From contig JBARSF010000058.1 in the NCBI GenBank assembly GCA_049644605.1, positions 217,883 through 281,882 of the forward strand: 64,000 nucleotides of DNA, written 5' to 3'. The position numbers and the translations under genes were made by a program. The DNA is from Anaerolineales bacterium. Its GTDB lineage: Bacteria > Chloroflexota > Anaerolineae > Anaerolineales > UBA11858. The first letter of the stretch is position 1. Each line of letters begins with the position of its first letter. Positions 35,103 through 45,113 of the stretch are shown here, one piece after another. Below the pieces are notes generated by a model that ran no database searches, was not told the DNA's origin, and was given only the letters and a program-made list of their open reading frames with translations.

Positions 35103-35438
35103 CTAATCCCTGGGAAATTCCTTTGTTATCCGGTTAAGTCCCCAGTCATAGGGATGATAGGACAATCGAATAGTGTCCCTGTGTTCGGATATCCACAGTA
35201 TAAGTTCGGGATCACTTGTATATTTTCCAATGAATTTTATTATTCCCATTTTCCCTCCAAAATCGACCTGGTACCAGTTGAAGATCCTTGAGATGGAGAT
35301 TTTGTCCTGGTTTTTATCCAGTTTTAAATCGGAATGGAGGAAATTACGGGTTGCCAGATCCAGCTGAGAATTCAATCCTTCCGGTGTGTAGACACCGATC
35401 GGAGGACAGGTAGCCTCGGCGGCTGGAGAGGGTGCCAC
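35103..35438 (-). pseudogene. DUF547-family C-terminal fragment
   Basis: ISISRIFNWYQVDFGG...LSYHPYDWGLN matches the DUF547 C-terminal region. There is no N-terminal half, no ATG (GTG only) and no RBS. Confidence 0.5.
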
Positions 35439-35585
35439 GGCTGCCCTGTTGATCCGGGAGTATCACAAAACTGTTTAGGAGTCAATTTGAACCTGTTGAT
35501 CTCTCAATAATTCCTCCTAACACGGAGATTGTTTTTAGGAATTTCCTTGTATAATGGTATAAATATTGCTACGGTTAAGGTTGAT

Positions 35586-35936
35586 ATGTTAAACACCAAA
35601 GTGCTCGATTGGATTGAGGGGTATGTACTGACCAGGATAATTATCTTTGGCGACTTTGTCGGCACTGTTAAGCGGTCCGATTTATTGTTCGATATGGATC
35701 AAAAGGATGAGTATATCCGCAGGTTTGAAGGCCAAAGAATTCAAGCTCTGACCTTGCCGGTAAAAAGCAGGAACTTAAGCACCCTCCTGGGAGAAATCGA
35801 GGCCTGTTTTCAGCGGGGATGGGAATTACTGGATACCGATGAATGGACTGAAGCTGATTTTGATGAGGTATATCAGCTAAGCCAAATGATCAGCACTGAA
35901 ATTATGGAGTTGAGGCGGGATTTTGAAACACAATAA
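35586..35936 (+). CDS. Hypothetical protein
   Basis: ORF 35529-35936; first ATG at 35586. No domain recognised. Confidence 0.4.
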   Translation: MLNTKVLDWIEGYVLTRIIIFGDFVGTVKRSDLLFDMDQKDEYIRRFEGQRIQALTLPVKSRNLSTLLGEIEACFQRGWELLDTDEWTEADFDEVYQLSQMISTEIMELRRDFETQ

Positions 35937-35944
35937 GAACACCT

Positions 35945-36523
35945 TCAGGCTTGTTGCCATAAACGATGGCGGTATAAATCTGGGTCTACAATCTTGACCA
36001 TTTCCGGTATCCATTGAGACAAATCCAGAAAATTGGCTATCTGTTCAACCGCGTGCAGGGGATCCTCCAGGGTTTCGTTATAATCACAAACCAAATATGA
36101 AATGTTGGAATTCTGATCCAGGTAGTTAAGGACTAAAGCCGTATTTTCATTATAGATTTGTTTCATCTTTTCATCCCTGATTTGAGATCCTTGACCTTTA
36201 CTTTTCAGCATGAGATCTTGAGACGACAAGATCTCATTAATATCCCGCTTCATTAAAATAATCTTGTAATGATACTCATCTGGCAGGTAATGGAGCAAGG
36301 GAGATATAACCTTGACTGCTTTTCCCACTGCTTCTGATAACCAGGCCGTTTCACCTTCTGGTATTTTTTTTACTCTTTCAAACTCAAAGTATCCCCGCGG
36401 ATTATGGTCATCGGCTTTTCGGCGGTTATCCGTAAACAACTGAATGCCGCCGGCTTGTAGTATTTCCATCATCATCGATGTGCCAGAACGTGGCAATCCT
36501 GATACTAAAAAAATCTCATCCAC
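35945..36523 (-). CDS. Sulfotransferase-family protein
   Basis: The PAPS 5'-phosphosulfate loop GLPRSGTSMM is near the N-terminus. About 190 aa. Confidence 0.7.
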   Translation of the reverse strand: MDEIFLVSGLPRSGTSMMMEILQAGGIQLFTDNRRKADDHNPRGYFEFERVKKIPEGETAWLSEAVGKAVKVISPLLHYLPDEYHYKIILMKRDINEILSSQDLMLKSKGQGSQIRDEKMKQIYNENTALVLNYLDQNSNISYLVCDYNETLEDPLHAVEQIANFLDLSQWIPEMVKIVDPDLYRHRLWQQA

Positions 36524-36539
36524 AGGTAAACTCTCGATT

Positions 36540-37124
36540 TTAAGTAATATTTCTAATTATCACTATGATTAACCCGAGCAGGTCAAGGAAAAGATAAAGA
36601 CCCATTAATGGTGACAGCCGATCAAGGATTTTGAATAATACAGATTGAAATTTCTCAGAATAAACGGCGCAATAGGCTAAGAACAGAGTGCCCGATCCGA
36701 TCACCAACCCTATAACCCCATTAATGAGCAATCGGGGATTTTGGTTGGAAATAAGGACCCCCCCCCACATTATGGAAGAAGGAGGGGGTATAAAAAATAG
36801 CAGTTGTCCAAGAATAGCCCCGCCCATGATAGCCAGGCTAAGGGAACACAACAACGCCCCCCGTTTATTCTTGGCCCATTTTCTTAAGAATACCAATCCA
36901 ATCACTACCATAATTAGCCAGACTAATATACTTTCCAGCCCTGAAAACACAATCCCGTATCCGGCGACCCCGATCGCGTCCCAGACATTTGTGCGCTCCG
37001 CTATCCAGGAGATATCATTCAAGAATAAGATTATTGCCCAGACATGGAGAGGGAATGCTGCCGCCACGAAGATTTGCCACAGCTCGTCCTTTTCGAATCG
37101 GGTGTTTTTCTTACAGGTATCCAA
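36540..37124 (-). CDS. Hypothetical polytopic membrane protein
   Basis: About 6 TM segments. The start overlaps the upstream gene end by 14 nt. Confidence 0.6.
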   Translation of the reverse strand: MDTCKKNTRFEKDELWQIFVAAAFPLHVWAIILFLNDISWIAERTNVWDAIGVAGYGIVFSGLESILVWLIMVVIGLVFLRKWAKNKRGALLCSLSLAIMGGAILGQLLFFIPPPSSIMWGGVLISNQNPRLLINGVIGLVIGSGTLFLAYCAVYSEKFQSVLFKILDRLSPLMGLYLFLDLLGLIIVIIRNIT

Positions 37125-38946
37125 GGCCTTTTAACCTTTCCCGTAATATTTCCTGATCCTCATCGCTAAGAACAGGATCCGGAGATGGGGGAGCGGGAAG
37201 ATCTTTTTCTAATGTCAGGGCTGGAATATCAGTATAGGATGGTTTAGAGAATCCTTTTAAACCCCGATTGTGAAATATCACTCCGGGAACTGCATCCGCG
37301 TCGATACAATGATCCGCTTCCCAATGGTCGGAATTCTTTTCGACAGTTTTATCTCCCCAGCCGCCTAATCCGGTATCGGCTGATGCCCGGTAACCTGGTG
37401 CATAACCCAAAACCAAGTCCGGCCCATGTTCTGAAAGCGGGCCTTGAAAAGCCTCCTGGTTGGTTTGTATCCGCTGAAATATTTGTGTGCCATCCGGACC
37501 TGCCAACTCAAGCAGTCCGTTACGTATTGATTCCAGGGTTTCCTCTTTTTGTAGTTTAGTCACAGTACCCTGGCCTTCCCGTCCATCCAGGTTTAAGTAA
37601 ATGCTGTTTAGTCCAATTGCATAAGCCCGACTCGTTCCCCAATCTACTGCTGAAAGGGTTTGGGTATCTGGATTGTTAGTTAAACTCAAGTACCCCTGAT
37701 TAATTAACCAGTGGTTGAGATTAACTTTGTAGTCAAAATTATGAAACCCGTGATCTGAAAGGAAGATTAAGTTGATATGATCACCATCTGATTTAGTGTT
37801 CAATAATGTGTTGATTCGACCTGCAAGCTCATCCAGTTTGAGATACCAGGACTCAATTATATCTGGACGGGTTTTCCAGAACATATGTTGTATCCGATCC
37901 AGAGAATCAAATACACACCCCAGCAGACCTTCTTGATAGGAATCTAACATTGTCATGAAGATCCGCTCGCGCTGCTTGAATATCTGAGCGCATAAACTTA
38001 AGAATTGATTCTCAGTAATAAAGCCTTCTTCGAGGGCGGTAGTATCCTGAGGCCATCCTAAAGTCAAGAATGGTCCCTGGGTTTTCCATAATTTACTGAG
38101 GACCCCTTTTGGTGTCCCATAAGGCCAGGGACTTCCCAGGGGGTGCAGCTGTAAAGGCAAAAAATATAGGGTGGGTTCTGGTTGGATGTTTGTTAATATG
38201 ACTTGTGTAACGACTTTTAATGAGACCAGGGGGCCGGCCTTAAAGCTGAGTTCAATCACTGGACTCCAGACACCTTCTCTGAGTTCTAGGGTTTGTTTTT
38301 CAATTGCCAGCGATCCATATTCTTGATCAATAATTGTTAACTGAAAATCCAAAATGGTATTCCCACTTTGTGGCCGGTTCTGTTGAGCAGGACCAGTTAA
38401 AGTTCCAGCATAAATATCCTTGCTCTGCTGGTGGAGGCAGGCAGCACGCGTCTTTAAGCTCGATTCATCTGTAATTGGTTCAATAGAATAGGAGATGCCT
38501 ACCCCAAGCTGGCCAAAAATATCCGGAGTCCCCAGCCCGGGAATGGTATGAACGGGAGATCCCAAACGGGCAGGAAAAGTAGCCGGCCACCAGAGTGAAC
38601 TGGCTGGATAACCATCCTTTACTGCGGCATCAAAAATAGTTCCCGCGTTGTGGGGAAGAGTAAAGGTTGTGCCCAGCATACTGCTCTTGGTAGGCAATAA
38701 AGATACAAACAGACCGTATGATTCTGGATTCCGATGGACAAAATCAAATATGCCGTGTCCGCCCGGATTCAATCCGGTAGCGATACTGGTCCAGGAAACT
38801 TCACTTTGGGGAGGATTGGACACCCTGAAAGATGAGTAACCAGATTTTTCCAGGAAAGCACTCAAATTTGGCGTCTTTCCTTGGTTGTGAAGGCGCTCAA
38901 AAAAGAGGGGGTCGAACGCATCAAAACCTACAAGTATTGTTTTCAT
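37111..38946 (-). CDS. Alkaline-phosphatase-superfamily protein (type I phosphodiesterase/nucleotide pyrophosphatase-like)
   Basis: ILVGFDAFDP..., PPQSEVSWTSIATG nucleophile region, FLSDHGF and ADHC. Confidence 0.8.
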   Translation of the reverse strand: MKTILVGFDAFDPLFFERLHNQGKTPNLSAFLEKSGYSSFRVSNPPQSEVSWTSIATGLNPGGHGIFDFVHRNPESYGLFVSLLPTKSSMLGTTFTLPHNAGTIFDAAVKDGYPASSLWWPATFPARLGSPVHTIPGLGTPDIFGQLGVGISYSIEPITDESSLKTRAACLHQQSKDIYAGTLTGPAQQNRPQSGNTILDFQLTIIDQEYGSLAIEKQTLELREGVWSPVIELSFKAGPLVSLKVVTQVILTNIQPEPTLYFLPLQLHPLGSPWPYGTPKGVLSKLWKTQGPFLTLGWPQDTTALEEGFITENQFLSLCAQIFKQRERIFMTMLDSYQEGLLGCVFDSLDRIQHMFWKTRPDIIESWYLKLDELAGRINTLLNTKSDGDHINLIFLSDHGFHNFDYKVNLNHWLINQGYLSLTNNPDTQTLSAVDWGTSRAYAIGLNSIYLNLDGREGQGTVTKLQKEETLESIRNGLLELAGPDGTQIFQRIQTNQEAFQGPLSEHGPDLVLGYAPGYRASADTGLGGWGDKTVEKNSDHWEADHCIDADAVPGVIFHNRGLKGFSKPSYTDIPALTLEKDLPAPPSPDPVLSDEDQEILRERLKGLGYL

Positions 38947-39036
38947 AAACCGTTTTCGAAATCAATTGAGTCGAATTTCCTCAGGGCAGCGAGCTCCTTT
39001 AGGGTTTGGTTGCCCAAAAAGGATTTGGTTTGTACT

Positions 39037-39237
39037 TTATTCCAGGTTGGATTCTTCTACATTCGTCTTGTTATCTGGGTCCTGTTCCTGACCTGACCTT
39101 TCACGGAGAGATCTCATCAACCGTGCAAATCCCATTTTGATTTTTCCAGAGAAGACCAGCACAGCCCCGGAAATTACCCCAAATGCAATTAACAAAACTT
39201 GAAACAATAATCCGCCGGATGATGGATCAATATACAT
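39037..39237 (-). CDS. Small membrane protein
   Basis: MYIDPSSGGLLFQVLLIAFGVISGAVLVF followed by a charged tail. Confidence 0.45.
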   Translation of the reverse strand: MYIDPSSGGLLFQVLLIAFGVISGAVLVFSGKIKMGFARLMRSLRERSGQEQDPDNKTNVEESNLE

Positions 39238-39319
39238 AGTAGGGTTCCTTTTTGAACTGTCTTGTAGTGTACTTCATAATAATTCCTCACCGAGGAGGGA
39301 GAAATGAAAATCTAGATAG

Positions 39320-40846
39320 TTAAGTATAGGGCTCATCTGCGGATCGTAATTTTGCTTCTAACTCCTCCAAAAGCTGGTTTGTGATCTGAGGATAGGCACC
39401 AGAGAGCTCATTTAATTCTTCAGGGTCATTATCGATATCGTAGAGTTCGACGAGAGTGTTGCTTTTGGGGAGGTATTTATATCCAAAATATTTGGTTAAT
39501 TTATACTTCCCTTTTACAATCATCGCGCTCGCTGATGTTAGTGGGCGGGTTGGCTTATTCGTTTTTGCTTCCATCGCAAACACACTTTGTTCTTCGTAAG
39601 CAGGGAGATAGGGGGGCAAAACAACACCTTCTACCCAGGGAGGGATAGGTTTCCCTGTCAATTCCAGCAAAGTTGGCAATAGATCCACGGCGCTGGTTTT
39701 TGTGTAGACATCTCTCCGGTCTGTTTGACCGGGTTCAAATATCATCAATGGGACCCTGACAACAGGGTCATGTAAGCTGGGAGTGGTATGGCCTAAAATA
39801 CCCCGCTCAAACATTTCCCCATGATCTGAAGTAAGAATGAGATACGTATTATCTAATATTCCGGATTTTTCTAACTTTTTGAATAATCGGTTAAATTCAG
39901 AATCCACATAGAGAATGTACTCATCATAAGTTCGCCTGGAGGGCGCTAATCCATAAGGTTGTTTTGCCCGTCCGACTTTCGCCAGAGGATGCCTGGGCTT
40001 GGTTTTTCGAGGGATACTAACCTCACTGAACGCGTCAATAAAATCAATTCGGGTATTGTAGGGGGCATGAGGTGGTAAAAAGTGAAAATAACCCAGGAAT
40101 GGAATTGGAAAATCAGCTATAGCACTTTGAAGCCAATTTACCGCATCTTCCAGAAGGAAATTATCTAGTGATGAGATTGGTAAACCGCGGGGATAATCTC
40201 TTTCTATGAGTTTGTTCTTTCTCTGATTGAATAGGGAAATATAGTTGGCAAGAACCAGAGAAGAATTGAGATTGTCTTCGATTTGTCCGCTAATCCTTGC
40301 CCAGCTTACTGTTGCTGCATCTTGGTCATTTTTAAACAGTGTTTGGAGCCATTGGTTATTACCGAGCGTGAGATCCTCTCTGAGTTTATAAAAATCGATA
40401 TCCCCCACAAATTGGTCCTGGATAATATTCACGAGTTGATTATGGCTGTAAGAAATCCGATAAAAATCATTAAAAAGATGAAAAATGTTCCTGTTTTGAA
40501 ATTCTTTCTGGACCTTGCCGTTGATTTGTATTGCCCTATGTGTCCAGGGATAGGTGCCGGTAAGCAGGGAGGCGGTTCCGGAGGTGGTGAAATTTCCAGC
40601 GGCGTAATGATTGTGATAAACAGTAGCCCTGTTTGCCAATTGCTCCAGATAGGGTGTTGTTTTGCGGGGATAACCGTAGAGGGAGATATTATGAGTTGAG
40701 AAGGCATCAAATACGATAATAAGAATACTGGGGTGGGTTATGTCATCCCTGCCTATTTCAGGAGGGCGCAAGAACAAATTGTAATGAGTAAATGGTAGCA
40801 GCCCTAGTATTTTCAGGAAGTCTCGCCGGTTGATTCGATTCTTCAT
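39320..40846 (-). CDS. Sulfatase-like alkaline-phosphatase-superfamily hydrolase lacking the C/SxPxR motif
   Basis: Tat signal RRDFLK. IIVFDAF..., TSDHGEMF. TTSGTASLLTG sits at the position of CxPxRxSxxTG. Confidence 0.8.
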   Translation of the reverse strand: MKNRINRRDFLKILGLLPFTHYNLFLRPPEIGRDDITHPSILIIVFDAFSTHNISLYGYPRKTTPYLEQLANRATVYHNHYAAGNFTTSGTASLLTGTYPWTHRAIQINGKVQKEFQNRNIFHLFNDFYRISYSHNQLVNIIQDQFVGDIDFYKLREDLTLGNNQWLQTLFKNDQDAATVSWARISGQIEDNLNSSLVLANYISLFNQRKNKLIERDYPRGLPISSLDNFLLEDAVNWLQSAIADFPIPFLGYFHFLPPHAPYNTRIDFIDAFSEVSIPRKTKPRHPLAKVGRAKQPYGLAPSRRTYDEYILYVDSEFNRLFKKLEKSGILDNTYLILTSDHGEMFERGILGHTTPSLHDPVVRVPLMIFEPGQTDRRDVYTKTSAVDLLPTLLELTGKPIPPWVEGVVLPPYLPAYEEQSVFAMEAKTNKPTRPLTSASAMIVKGKYKLTKYFGYKYLPKSNTLVELYDIDNDPEELNELSGAYPQITNQLLEELEAKLRSADEPYT

Positions 40847-40871
40847 CGTTCCTTTTTGTTAAGGCCAGGCA

Positions 40872-42467
40872 TTAATTGACCTTTTTTTCGTATTTGTCCC
40901 AGTAAGGTTCGCGAAGTTCTTGTTTGAGAATTTTTCCAGTTCCTCCTTTTGGAAAAATCTCTCGAAATTCAACAGATTTTGGCGCTTTGTAGTGTGCCAG
41001 ACGGCTTCGGACATGAGTGATGATATCTTCTTCGGAGGCAGTTTTCCCCGGTTTAAGGACCACCAGGGCTTTGGATACCTCTCCCCATTTCTCGTCGGGG
41101 ATACCAATCACAACTACTTCAAAAACAGCTGGATGGTTTTGGATTACTTTTTCTACTTCTACGGAAGAGATATTCTCGCCCCCAGAGATGATAATGTCTT
41201 TTTTCCGGTCCACAATCGTGATATAGCCTTCGTTATCCACAACAGCCATGTCCCCGGTATGAAACCATCCGTTCACAATGACGGCATCAGTAGCTTCCGG
41301 GTCCTTATAATACTCGTGCATGACCTGGTTTCCCCTGACAATAATCTCGCCAATGGATTTTTCGTCAGGCGGCACATTTATCCCCTTATCATCCACAACC
41401 CGGATGCGCACGCCCACCAGCGGCAAGCCTGTTTTGGTCTGGTAGGACCGGCGGGTCTTGTTATCTGATCGAAGGTGTAGTTTTGCTCTGGCTATCACAA
41501 TGAAGGGAGACGTCTCCGTTAAACCATATCCCACATAAGCCCGGCAGCCGATCTTTTCCTCGATGGCTTCAATCAGCGCGTAGGGCGAGGGAGCGCCGCC
41601 AATCACCACTTCGGCTAAACTGCTTAAATCATATTTTCCAAGATCGGGGTGTTGAAGTAGACCGTTAAAGATTGTCGGCACACCAAGCAATTTGGTAACT
41701 TTTTCTAGTTCAATTAACCGCAGCATTTCACCAAAATCGATTTTTCTAAGAATTACATGTTTTCCTCCTACTGCTGTGAGGAATTGTGGTGTTCCCCAAC
41801 CATTGACATGAAATAGCGGGACAACATGCAATAAAGTGTCTTCATCGCTTACTTGGAATCCGGGAATTGCCGTTAAGGTATGGATATACAGTGAACGATT
41901 TGTGATTGTTACACCTTTTTGCTGACCTGTAGTCCCTGAGGTGTAGAACAATTCCACAACTGCGTTTTCATCTACATCGTCGAGGTCTATCTCTGCCTCT
42001 GGCGAGGCGTTATTTAACAGGTTTTCATAGGGTGTTGCCCAGGTTGGCGGATCATCAGACTCCATGATGATGTAATGGTTTATCTTTTTCAGGTTCCCCC
42101 GCATGGCGTCAACGACAGGAGAAAAATCCTCATGAAAACACAGCACATGGGTTTCAGCATGATTAAGAATGTATTCAATTTCAGATGGGGATAGGCGATA
42201 ATTAATGGGGTTAAGTACCGCTTTGATTTGGGGAATCGCGTAATACGATTCAAGCAATTGATGTGAATTATAGGTGATAAAAGAAACCACTTCCCCAGCC
42301 CCGATGTCCATCTTCTCCAGGCCATTTGCGAGCCTGTTAACCCGTTCACCATATTCTTGATATGTAAAGCGCAGATGACCGTCTACGATGCCAACTTTTT
42401 GTCCATACAGGGAAACAGCGCGATGGCGAAATTCCAGGGGGTTTAACGGCACATGCATGATTGGCAC
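40872..42467 (-). CDS. AMP-forming acyl-CoA synthetase (fatty-acid--CoA ligase family)
   Basis: YTSGTTGQQKG AMP-binding motif, GYGLTETS, TGDMA and GKILK. Confidence 0.9.
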   Translation of the reverse strand: MPIMHVPLNPLEFRHRAVSLYGQKVGIVDGHLRFTYQEYGERVNRLANGLEKMDIGAGEVVSFITYNSHQLLESYYAIPQIKAVLNPINYRLSPSEIEYILNHAETHVLCFHEDFSPVVDAMRGNLKKINHYIIMESDDPPTWATPYENLLNNASPEAEIDLDDVDENAVVELFYTSGTTGQQKGVTITNRSLYIHTLTAIPGFQVSDEDTLLHVVPLFHVNGWGTPQFLTAVGGKHVILRKIDFGEMLRLIELEKVTKLLGVPTIFNGLLQHPDLGKYDLSSLAEVVIGGAPSPYALIEAIEEKIGCRAYVGYGLTETSPFIVIARAKLHLRSDNKTRRSYQTKTGLPLVGVRIRVVDDKGINVPPDEKSIGEIIVRGNQVMHEYYKDPEATDAVIVNGWFHTGDMAVVDNEGYITIVDRKKDIIISGGENISSVEVEKVIQNHPAVFEVVVIGIPDEKWGEVSKALVVLKPGKTASEEDIITHVRSRLAHYKAPKSVEFREIFPKGGTGKILKQELREPYWDKYEKKVN

Positions 42468-42550
42468 CTCCAGGACCTTTGGAACAGACGAGGATTCACG
42501 GAGAGGGGATTGACTTTACCCCAATAATTATGTATGATATATTATAAACG

Positions 42551-42564
42551 AGACCGACCGGTCT
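42551..42564. promoter_or_regulatory. Candidate TetR operator in the divergent intergenic region
   Basis: AGACCG-AC-CGGTCT inverted repeat between the acyl-CoA synthetase (minus) and tetR (plus), flanked by AT-rich -10-like TATAAT/TATTATAA elements. Confidence 0.45.
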
Positions 42565-42591
42565 GTCTTCTATATTATAATCGAAAAAACT

Positions 42592-43185
42592 ATGAATAAT
42601 AAAGAAACGATTATTCACGAGGCTCAAAAATTATTCTCGCTGAACGGGTATCTAAATACCGGGATAAATGAGATCATTGAAGCAGCGGGAACATCCAAAG
42701 GGGGGTTTTATAATCATTTTGCCAGTAAAGAAGAATTATTTCATGAGGTTCTGGATGTTTCACAAAAAATCTGGCGCCAGAAGGTTCTCTCTTCAATCTC
42801 TGATATACAAAGCCCAACCCAAAAAATTATCCAGATCCTGAATAATTATTGCAATAAATATCTCAAAGATGCCGAAAATTTTCCCGGCGGATGTATATTT
42901 ATTACGTTCTCAGTTGAATTGGACGATACTCGTCACCACCTGGTTAAAGAAGTCTACAAGGGATTTGAGGGTTTTAAGAAAATCCTGGTTGACCTTCTTG
43001 ATGAAGCCAAAGAACTACAAGAATTTCCCGAAGATCTGGACTCAAAGAAAGTAACCGATTGTATCTTCACAGGGATGTTGGGGGCATCAGTTCTTTATGG
43101 TGTCAATAAATCTACTAATACGCTGGATCGATCTATTAACTCATTGATTGAATATCTGGACTTGCTTAGTGATGGGAGGGGATGA
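42592..43185 (+). CDS. TetR/AcrR-family transcriptional regulator
   Basis: AQKLFSLNGYLNTGINEIIEAAGTSKGGFYNHFASKEEL. Confidence 0.9.
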   Translation: MNNKETIIHEAQKLFSLNGYLNTGINEIIEAAGTSKGGFYNHFASKEELFHEVLDVSQKIWRQKVLSSISDIQSPTQKIIQILNNYCNKYLKDAENFPGGCIFITFSVELDDTRHHLVKEVYKGFEGFKKILVDLLDEAKELQEFPEDLDSKKVTDCIFTGMLGASVLYGVNKSTNTLDRSINSLIEYLDLLSDGRG

Positions 43186-43337
43186 ACTTAAATCAAAACC
43201 CCTGAAATATTGGGAGAACTTTAGGTCTAATTAAGGAATAGAGAAGGAGGTGCAGGTTTAAGTAAAATGTTGAATGTATTATGGCATTACAACAATTGTC
43301 CTAACAGCATATGATTGATAAACCTAAGGAGGGTGTC

Positions 43338-45047
43338 GTGAAATATAAAAACTGGAAGTTTTTCTCAATTTTATTGGTCATTGCTTTGCTTATACTTTCT
43401 CTGGCGGCCTGTGCGCCGAAGACAGAAACCCCTGAGCCCCCCCCGGTAGAAGAAGCTGAAGCCCCAACAACCGAGGAGGAGACCGAAACCGAAGAAGAGG
43501 CAGAGCCAGTAGAGGAACCTGAACCCGCTGGCCCCGTGATCATGCGGGTTGGCACAACTAATATCTGGGATGGAAATAACCTTGGCGTTGAAGTCTCCGG
43601 CTGGCTTCCCTATCGATTGATCTTTGATTCAATTGTTGAGTTTGGACCTAGCGGCACCTTCATCCCAGGATTGGCGGAAAGCTGGTCCGTGGATGAGACG
43701 GGGTTGGTCTGGACATTCAAGATTCGAGATGGTGCGACATTCCATGACGGCACACCCTGCACAGCAGAGGAGATCGCCTGGAGCTTAACCTGGATGGAAG
43801 AGATTGGTTACGACAGCATAGCCTATATGTGGTCAGGCTTATTTGAGGAAGTTGTCGCCCTGGATGCCAATACGCTTCAAATTACCACAGTGTCCCCGAT
43901 AAGCTACATGGAATATGCCTTATCCTATTCCTTTGTTGTTCCTGAGGGTGTTTGGGGTGGAATGGCTGATCATGACGCGATGGCAGCTTACACAGGTGAG
44001 GATGCAACCACCGGCACCGGCCCATTCATTTATAACGAGTGGGTGCCGGATGAATATCTGATCCTGGATGCCAATGAGAATTACTGGGGCACGCCCCCCG
44101 GCTTTGATCAACTGATCTTCCAGCAGTATGCTACAGATGATGCCATGGTCAGTGCACTTCTGGCGGGTGAGATTGATGGCACCGCTTTTGCTCCAGCAAC
44201 CGCTATTGAAACAATTCAGGCTGATCCAAATACTGAAGCAACAGTCTTTGTGAGTTGGGGAGTTGAAGAGCTAACTTTAAACTCATACGCAGAAGGAACC
44301 CAGCCTGCAAGTTTAGGCGATCCAGCAGTACGGCTGGCAATGGAATACGCCATTGATCGCGATCAAATCAATGATGTTGTATTCTTAGGTTACTACACAC
44401 CTGCGACAACCATCTTTGCTCCAGTTCTGGGAGACTGGCATAATGATCAAATTGAGACCATCTCATTTGATTTAGCCATGGCCAACCAGACCCTGGATGA
44501 TGCGGGTTATGTTGATGGTGACGGGGATGGTTTTCGAGAATATTCGGATGGCACTCCCCTGCAGTACCGGTTCTTAATTGATGATTCCGCATCAAGCGCT
44601 CGACTGGCTGAAACCATCATGAACAATTTAGCCCAGGCAGGGATTGGAATTTCCATCGAGGCCGTGGATTACAACACTCAAATGTACAACGTTTTCTACT
44701 ATTATGACTACGACCTCACCTATTGGACCTGGGGGGCGGACCCAGATCCTGATTTCCTAGGAACAGTGTTCTCCTGTGATCAGCTCTGGTGGTGGAACGA
44801 TTCCGGATACTGCGATGAAGATTACGATGCCTTGTATGCGGCGTCTCGTGTTGCTGTTGATCGCACAGAAAGGGAAGATCTTGTTTGGAAAATGCAGGAA
44901 AAGATCTACAATGACCGCCCCTGGATTGTGCTGCTCTACAGTAGTGTAATGTCATCCTACCGATCCGATCGCTTCACTGGATTCAGTCCAGATGCCCGTT
45001 ATTTGTATGGCAAATGGTCAATTCTTCAGGTTGAACCAGTCCAATAA
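43338..45047 (+). CDS. ABC transporter substrate-binding lipoprotein, family 5 (peptide/nickel/opine type)
   Basis: GTG 43338 after AAGGAGG. Lipobox LAAC, acidic Glu/Pro linker, SBP_bac_5-like body (GLAESW.VDETG..W.F.IRDGATFHDG). Confidence 0.9.
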   Translation: MKYKNWKFFSILLVIALLILSLAACAPKTETPEPPPVEEAEAPTTEEETETEEEAEPVEEPEPAGPVIMRVGTTNIWDGNNLGVEVSGWLPYRLIFDSIVEFGPSGTFIPGLAESWSVDETGLVWTFKIRDGATFHDGTPCTAEEIAWSLTWMEEIGYDSIAYMWSGLFEEVVALDANTLQITTVSPISYMEYALSYSFVVPEGVWGGMADHDAMAAYTGEDATTGTGPFIYNEWVPDEYLILDANENYWGTPPGFDQLIFQQYATDDAMVSALLAGEIDGTAFAPATAIETIQADPNTEATVFVSWGVEELTLNSYAEGTQPASLGDPAVRLAMEYAIDRDQINDVVFLGYYTPATTIFAPVLGDWHNDQIETISFDLAMANQTLDDAGYVDGDGDGFREYSDGTPLQYRFLIDDSASSARLAETIMNNLAQAGIGISIEAVDYNTQMYNVFYYYDYDLTYWTWGADPDPDFLGTVFSCDQLWWWNDSGYCDEDYDALYAASRVAVDRTEREDLVWKMQEKIYNDRPWIVLLYSSVMSSYRSDRFTGFSPDARYLYGKWSILQVEPVQ

Positions 45048-45062
45048 TATTTCCATTCTCTG

Positions 45063-45095
45063 ACTAGTCTGCCAGATTTTTTCTGGCAGACTAGT
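45063..45095 (+). promoter_or_regulatory. Intercistronic stem-loop between the SBP and permease genes
   Basis: ACTAGTCTGCCAGA-TTTTT-TCTGGCAGACTAGT, a perfect 14-bp stem with only a weak T tract after it. Confidence 0.6.
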
Positions 45096-45113
45096 TATTC
45101 CCGGAATCAATCT

